DNA of 64,000 nt from NCBI RefSeq assembly GCF_009914755.1, contig NC_060930.1; one strand, written 5' to 3'. The position numbers and the translations under genes were made by a program. Under the pieces are notes generated by a model that had not been told where the DNA came from, did not search any database, and was given only the letters and a program-made list of their open reading frames with translations. Source of the DNA: the human T2T-CHM13v2.0 reference genome, Homo sapiens. Within the stretch, counting starts at the first letter, position 1. Every line of letters starts with the position of its first letter. Shown piece after piece: positions 51,342 through 64,000 of this stretch.

Positions 51342-51512
51342 TTTATTTTTTATTTTATTTTATTTTATTATTATTATACTTTAAGTTTTAGGGTACATGT
51401 GCACACCGTGCAGGTTTGTTACATGTGTATACATGTGCCATGTTGGTGTGCTGCACCCATTAACTCGTCATTTAGCATTAGGTATATCTCCTAATGCTAT
51501 CCCTCCCCCCTC
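51342..51512 (-). mobile_element. 5'-truncated young L1PA 3' end (L1PA2-4-like), sense to COQ3
   Basis: ttattatactttaagttttagggtacatgtgcac...gcattaggtatatctcctaatgctatccctcccc. Confidence 0.92.
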
Positions 51513-51917
51513 ATACTAAATCTTAATGGTTGGAGCCTTTCAGAAATTACTTACCTAGAAATACGTTTTAAGAAACAGTTTTGCAACTCACTGATAAAAA
51601 ATATTTTTAAAGGGATAAACAATTTGGATGCTTTTCTAATTCATCACGTTAAGTGAGAATTCTCACGTTAAGTGAGAATGGTGTCCAGTTTTCTTAAATG
51701 TAAGCCCTGATGTACTCTTGCCTTTCTTTAACTTCCACAGCAACCTATAAGTTCCCGAAGCACAAAGATTATGTTTCATTCACCTTAGAGTCTTTTACAG
51801 TCTAGCCCCTGAGCTCTGTATGAGGTAAGTTCTCAAAAAAATTTGTTGAATCAAACTTTACCAGAACTGCCTAAGTCAATGATGCCACTGTAGGTCTGTA
51901 GTTATAAAATGGCCTTG

Positions 51918-52240
<323 letters not shown>

Positions 52241-52533
52241 TGGCCTTGATGCCATAAGACCCTAGTTTGCTTTTATAAGAACTTAATTATAATTAACTTG
52301 ATAATATACAAATAGGCTTCAAATTAAGCTATGAAAGCAGCCTTGACCTTGCATGATATTATTAAAAATTAATGGTTTCAAACAGTGGTAATTGAAAAGA
52401 ATCTCCCTAATTTCCAAAGCAAACTTAATGTGCAGCATTTTTTAACTAGGTATAAACTAAGAAAAAAATGAATGTGAAATATGAATTCTTAAAAAGTTCC
52501 ATTTAAAAAGACTTAGAGTTTCTGGAGTGTTAC

Positions 52534-52686
52534 CTAATAAATGGCACCCTCAGGTCATTCATGGAATGAAGAGGTGCATATACTCCTTGTTCATCCCACC
52601 ATTTGTGAGCCAGGGCCAAGAAGGTTTTTACCTCACCGCTGTCGACAGTGGTTTGGGAAGTACTGTACAGTCTCGCCCAAGGGTAC
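52534..52686 (-). CDS. COQ3: COQ3 coding exon 3 (YPWARLYSTSQTTVDSGEVKTFLALAHKWWDEQGVYAPLHSMNDLRVPFIR), 153 nt
   Basis: Acceptor ccttttAG|G; donor AG|GTAACA. UbiG/Coq3 signature (F...A..WWD..G...PLH.MN..R). Confidence 0.96.
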
Positions 52687-52980
52687 CTAAAAGGTGAAAA
52701 TGAAGAACCAAGCAAATACTGCTGTTTTGAAGAAATGTTTAACATGGGATATTATGTAGAAAGATAGTCTTATTTACAATTTATTATATTCTAAATCTGT
52801 ATACTGCTCAATATTGATGCTTTAAAACCAAGTTTTCTTATAATCACACTGCATATAAATACATCTATTCACAGACGAAACAAAATTACTTTTCAAGTAA
52901 GTTTCAATTCAAAACAGAACTTTATAAAACTTAGCCTTCTGGGTCATATCTAATAATAATAACAATAACAATACTAATAG

Positions 52981-53341
<361 letters not shown>

Positions 53342-53499
53342 TCACTTAATCCTTCCAACAACTCTGCAAGGTGGGTATTATTATTATCCCTATTTTACAG
53401 ATAAGAAAAGGGAGGCTCAGAGAGATTAAGTAAATTGTAGAGCTGGGATTTGAGCACAGGTGCCTCCATCTTCTCTGCTCCATTTCTACTGCCATAATT

Positions 53500-54530
<1,031 letters not shown>

Positions 54531-55017
54531 TAATCTGAAGGAAAAAGCCCAGGAAAGTATATAATTTGCCTAAAATTTTATTTAATTAAATGGGATCAAA
54601 CAGGAGTAAAGAGGGGTTAGATAGACACTACACTGACTTCCATGTAGAAGCATATAGTATAGAAAAATCCTTCAAAGGGCTGCTCAGGTAAAACATAGTA
54701 AGGATGTTAACTTAGAAAAGGTAATGCCATTCACATTTTTATTAAGTTTGTTTTTAGCCACATAAAGAGAGCATATTCTATATTCATTACTTTTTATTCT
54801 TTTAAGATTCAAGTGTCATTCCTCTTTAATATTAATATTATCTTAGGAATATTAGCCCCCTTGTCCATGCTTAATGCAAAGCCTCAGTAATCAAGGACTA
54901 ATTTACAATAGGTAACAGTAGGTGGTTGCTCATTTGACTAAGAATGATTTCATATAAACCCAAACTCAAAGGGGCTCATTTACAAGGAGGAACAAGCACT
55001 TAGAAAACAGAGTTCAA

Positions 55018-55513
<496 letters not shown>

Positions 55514-56044
55514 TTAATGCTGTGCAATATTTTCACAAGGTTAAAAGTTGGCTTATAAAATACAAATACAGAAAGATATTACCTTCAATCAATTTTGCTA
55601 CCTTAGCCACCTTATCATATTTATGCAGCACCCAAATCACTTATGATTTCTAAAAATTTTAAAATATTGTATTAGGTATTATAAGTAATATTTATGATTT
55701 TAAGCACTGCATTGTTTGTGTCTTGTCATAAGGACATTATGAGGAAATAAAAATTCTTCTCTAAGTAATAGCCTTATATTGAAAACAAAAGCTATCTCTG
55801 AATCTGAATGAAGGTTGTTTATTGTCTATATACTGTATTATTCTATTACCGTTTCTGTGGGTTTGAAACTCCCCAAATTTAAAAATTGTTAGAAAATAAA
55901 TTAGTTGAGACTACTTAAATAAACACAAGCTACTTTAATCAAGACACATGGACTATTACATACTGACTGGGTTTATTAAAGATAATACTAAAAACCTATT
56001 ACATATAATTACGTGAATATTTGCCACAGTAATAATAAACCCAC

Positions 56045-56171
56045 CTGAAACTCTTTATTCTGTTCAAACAGGAAAAGATCGTCCTGTAGGATTTGAACCA
56101 TATGGTTCTGTATTCATTGAAAACCCCTGGTTTAATCTGTAGAGTCCCACTGAGCTGGTTCTTCACATAAA
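56045..56171 (-). CDS. COQ3: COQ3 coding exon 2 (VYVKNQLSGTLQIKPGVFNEYRTIWFKSYRTIFSCLNRIKSFR), 127 nt
   Basis: Poly-T acceptor ttttcAG|TT; donor AG|GTGGGT. Hand translation is open and joins exon 3 in phase 2. Confidence 0.92.
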
Positions 56172-56188
56172 CTGAAAAAAAAAATTAA

Positions 56189-56578
<390 letters not shown>

Positions 56579-57059
56579 TGATAAACAAAGGGTTTTTGTT
56601 TGTTTTTTACTTAATTTAAGATTTTACCTAAAAAATAAAATAAAATAAAGGTCTTACATTCTGGTATCTAACTCTAACCCAGACATTTCTAAAATTGTAA
56701 TTAGCCAAAACAAGTAATGCATCTGTTTATAAAGTTTTTCATGCCATTAGTTTTTACATCTACATTATGTACATAAAATGACAGGAATGATATTCAAATA
56801 TAAAGTGTTATGTTTTAAACTAGGATAATATTAATTCTGAAATTATTTGTCAAAACTATTTCAAATTCTGTCAATTCCATATTAGCTACATGAAATGAAT
56901 TTTTGCATATGCTCAATACCCTTTACAGAGGAAAAAAAATGTATGTGTATATATAAAACCTAAAATAAACATTCACCCAGTCTATATGCTCAACTTACAC
57001 AGGGGCCTGCTTTATGAGCCAGCAGCTGTGTTGCAGAACACTCAGTTGTTCAATAAACA

Positions 57060-60905
<3,846 letters not shown>

Positions 60906-60909
60906 AATA

Positions 60910-61220
<311 letters not shown>

Positions 61221-61230
61221 ACTAATGTAT

Positions 61231-61272
<42 letters not shown>
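61231..61272. repeat. (CA)n microsatellite
   Basis: Read directly from sequence. Confidence 0.92.
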
Positions 61273-61274
<2 letters not shown>

Positions 61275-61451
61275 ACATCCTCACTCTCTCCCACAATGAG
61301 TGCATGTACAGTTGGCAAAAACCAAATAAGGTCTGTAGTGGAGTCAATTATCATACTAAAGTTGATTTCCTGGCTTCAACAATGTACTATGGATGGTATC
61401 ACCAAGGAACTGGGTGAATAGTACATGGAAATTCTCTCTGTGTGTTTGGGG

Positions 61452-61762
61452 TTTTTGTTTTGTTTTGTTTTTGGGGGGAATAGGGTCTCTCACTCTGTCG
61501 CCCAAATTGGACTGCAGAGGCATGATCTCAGCTCACTGCAATCTCCGCCTCCCAGTTTCAAGTGATTATCCAGCTCAGCCTCCCAAGTAACTGGGACTAC
61601 AGGTGCACACGCCACCATGCCCGGCTAACTTTTTGTATTTTTAGTAGAGACAGGCTTTCGCCATGTTGACCCGCCTGATCTCAAACTCCTGACCTCAAGT
61701 GATCTGCCCGCCTCAGCCTCCCAAAGTGTTGGGAATACAGACGTGAGCCACCGCACCCAGCC
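61452..61762 (-). mobile_element. AluS
   Basis: Reverse Alu; TSD tctctgtg. Confidence 0.85.
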
Positions 61763-62168
61763 TCTCTGTGCTATTTTTGCCACTTCTTGTGTCTTAAATT
61801 ATTTCAAAATAAAAAATTTAAAAAATCAAAAAGTACAAAAGGGTACAGTACAAAGTATCTCTCCCAGCCCTGACTGTAGCTATCTAGTTTCTCTCCCTAT
61901 AAACAACCAATCCTACTAGATTTGTATGTAAGATTCCAGAGGCATTTTATACATATGCAATCATTTTAAAGTATCAGTTTCTCTCATTTTATATAAAATG
62001 TAGCACAATACACTCATTCTGAATGTTTCTCTTCACCTACCAACATATCTTGGAAATTATTTCATATTTTTTAAAAGGCTGTGTGATAATTCATTGTATG
62101 GCTATATTATTTATTTAAGCAGTTCCCTAATAATGAGCATTTGGGTAATTATCAAAACTATGAGATTA

Positions 62169-62463
<295 letters not shown>

Positions 62464-62623
62464 CTAGAGATTAAATTACATAGGTTATTTCATTTCATAT
62501 GTGTTTCAGAGTCCCTGTAGGTAAAATCTCAAGAATGATGTCAAAGGGTACGTGCATTTGTAAATCTGTAATTGCCACTAAATAGATGTTGAACCAATTT
62601 ACTATCCTATCGGTAATCTATGA

Positions 62624-62965
<342 letters not shown>

Positions 62966-63409
62966 TCTTTGTTAAACATTTTTATGTTTGCTAATCAAAT
63001 ACATGAAAATGGTATCTTAGTGTAGTTTTAATTGTTTGTTTTTGTTTTTGAGACAGGGTCTCACTGTGTCACCCGGGCTGGACTGCAGTGGAACAATCTC
63101 CACTCACTACAACCTCCACCAAGGTCACCCAAGCGATCCTCCCACCTCAGCCCCTCGAGTAGCTGGCACTATAAACATGGGCCCCGTGCCCAGTTAATGT
63201 AGTTTCAATTTATCATGAATGAGGTTAAGCATCCTTTCTTATGTTTAGTGGTCATTTATATTTCACATCTTGTCTTTTTGTAGTCTCTGCATACTTTTCT
63301 CCTGAGCTTATGTTTATTTGGTTTTATTTTTTAATCAGCCCTTCACAGTCCATCCCAAACCCATTACAATGTTCTTTTTTAATAAAGTTCATGTGTCTAG
63401 GCTTTTGCT

Positions 63410-63413
63410 CATT

Positions 63414-63460
<47 letters not shown>

Positions 63461-63740
63461 TGAGACAGGGTCTCGTTGTGTTGCCCAGGCTGGAGTGCAG
63501 TGGTGGGTTCACGGCTCACTGTAGCCTCTACCTCCTGGGCTCAAGTAATCCTCCTACCTTAGCCTATCCAGTAGCGAGGTCCACAGAAGCACACCACCAT
63601 GCCTGGCTAAATTTTGTATTTTTTTTTTTGTAGAGACAGGGTTTTGCTATGTTGCCCAGGCTGGTTTCAAACTCCTGAGCTCAAGCGATCCACCTGCCTC
63701 GACCTCCCAAAGTGCCGGGATTAAAGGTGCTCGGCCAGGC
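63410..63740 (-). mobile_element. AluJ with (TTTA)n tail microsatellite (about 63412-63460)
   Basis: TSD aggcttttg(c/t)tcattttattt. Confidence 0.88.
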
Positions 63741-64000
63741 TTTTGTTCATTTTATTTCCCTTTCCACCAACTCTATCTGGACTACCTTTTAAGACCCAGT
63801 TCAAATATCACCTCCTGTATGACTTTAGGTAGATACATGAGATATTATTAAAGAATAAAGTTTAACTATGTAAACCATGATACATCGATAACGACATATA
63901 AGGTATTACTATTATGAAACTAAGCCTTAGAAATTTTAACAATATCTGCCTTTTACGGACAGACAACCCTTGATCTCTCTCTTACCTCCTCTATTTCTGG

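Overview
Primate (almost certainly human) genomic DNA, rich in Alu/L1/L2/MIR/LTR repeats, with two tandem minus-strand genes. (1) The 5' part of FAXC (failed axon connections homolog, metaxin-like GST family): CpG-island promoter and coding exons 1-3 (21735-21470, 15398-15263, 5921-5725); the gene continues beyond base 1. (2) The 3' part of COQ3 (ubiquinone biosynthesis O-methyltransferase): coding exons 2-7 (56171-41969) and two poly(A) signals; exon 1 lies beyond base 64000. All exon boundaries were checked for AG/GT and phase continuity. Almost all other ORFs in the track are repeat-derived or GC-rich artefacts. I found no convincing novel multi-gene system. The best leads are: a possible N-terminal switch at FAXC (upstream consensus donor, acceptor hidden in the coding exon, strong-Kozak Met54, overlapping uORF); a perfect spacer-less 60-bp palindrome beside an Alu tail; a p53-site-bearing LTR10-like solo LTR; and several fold-back, chimeric or nested retroelement structures. 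Repeat subfamily names come from my recollection of consensus sequences, and repeat boundaries are approximate unless a TSD is quoted.
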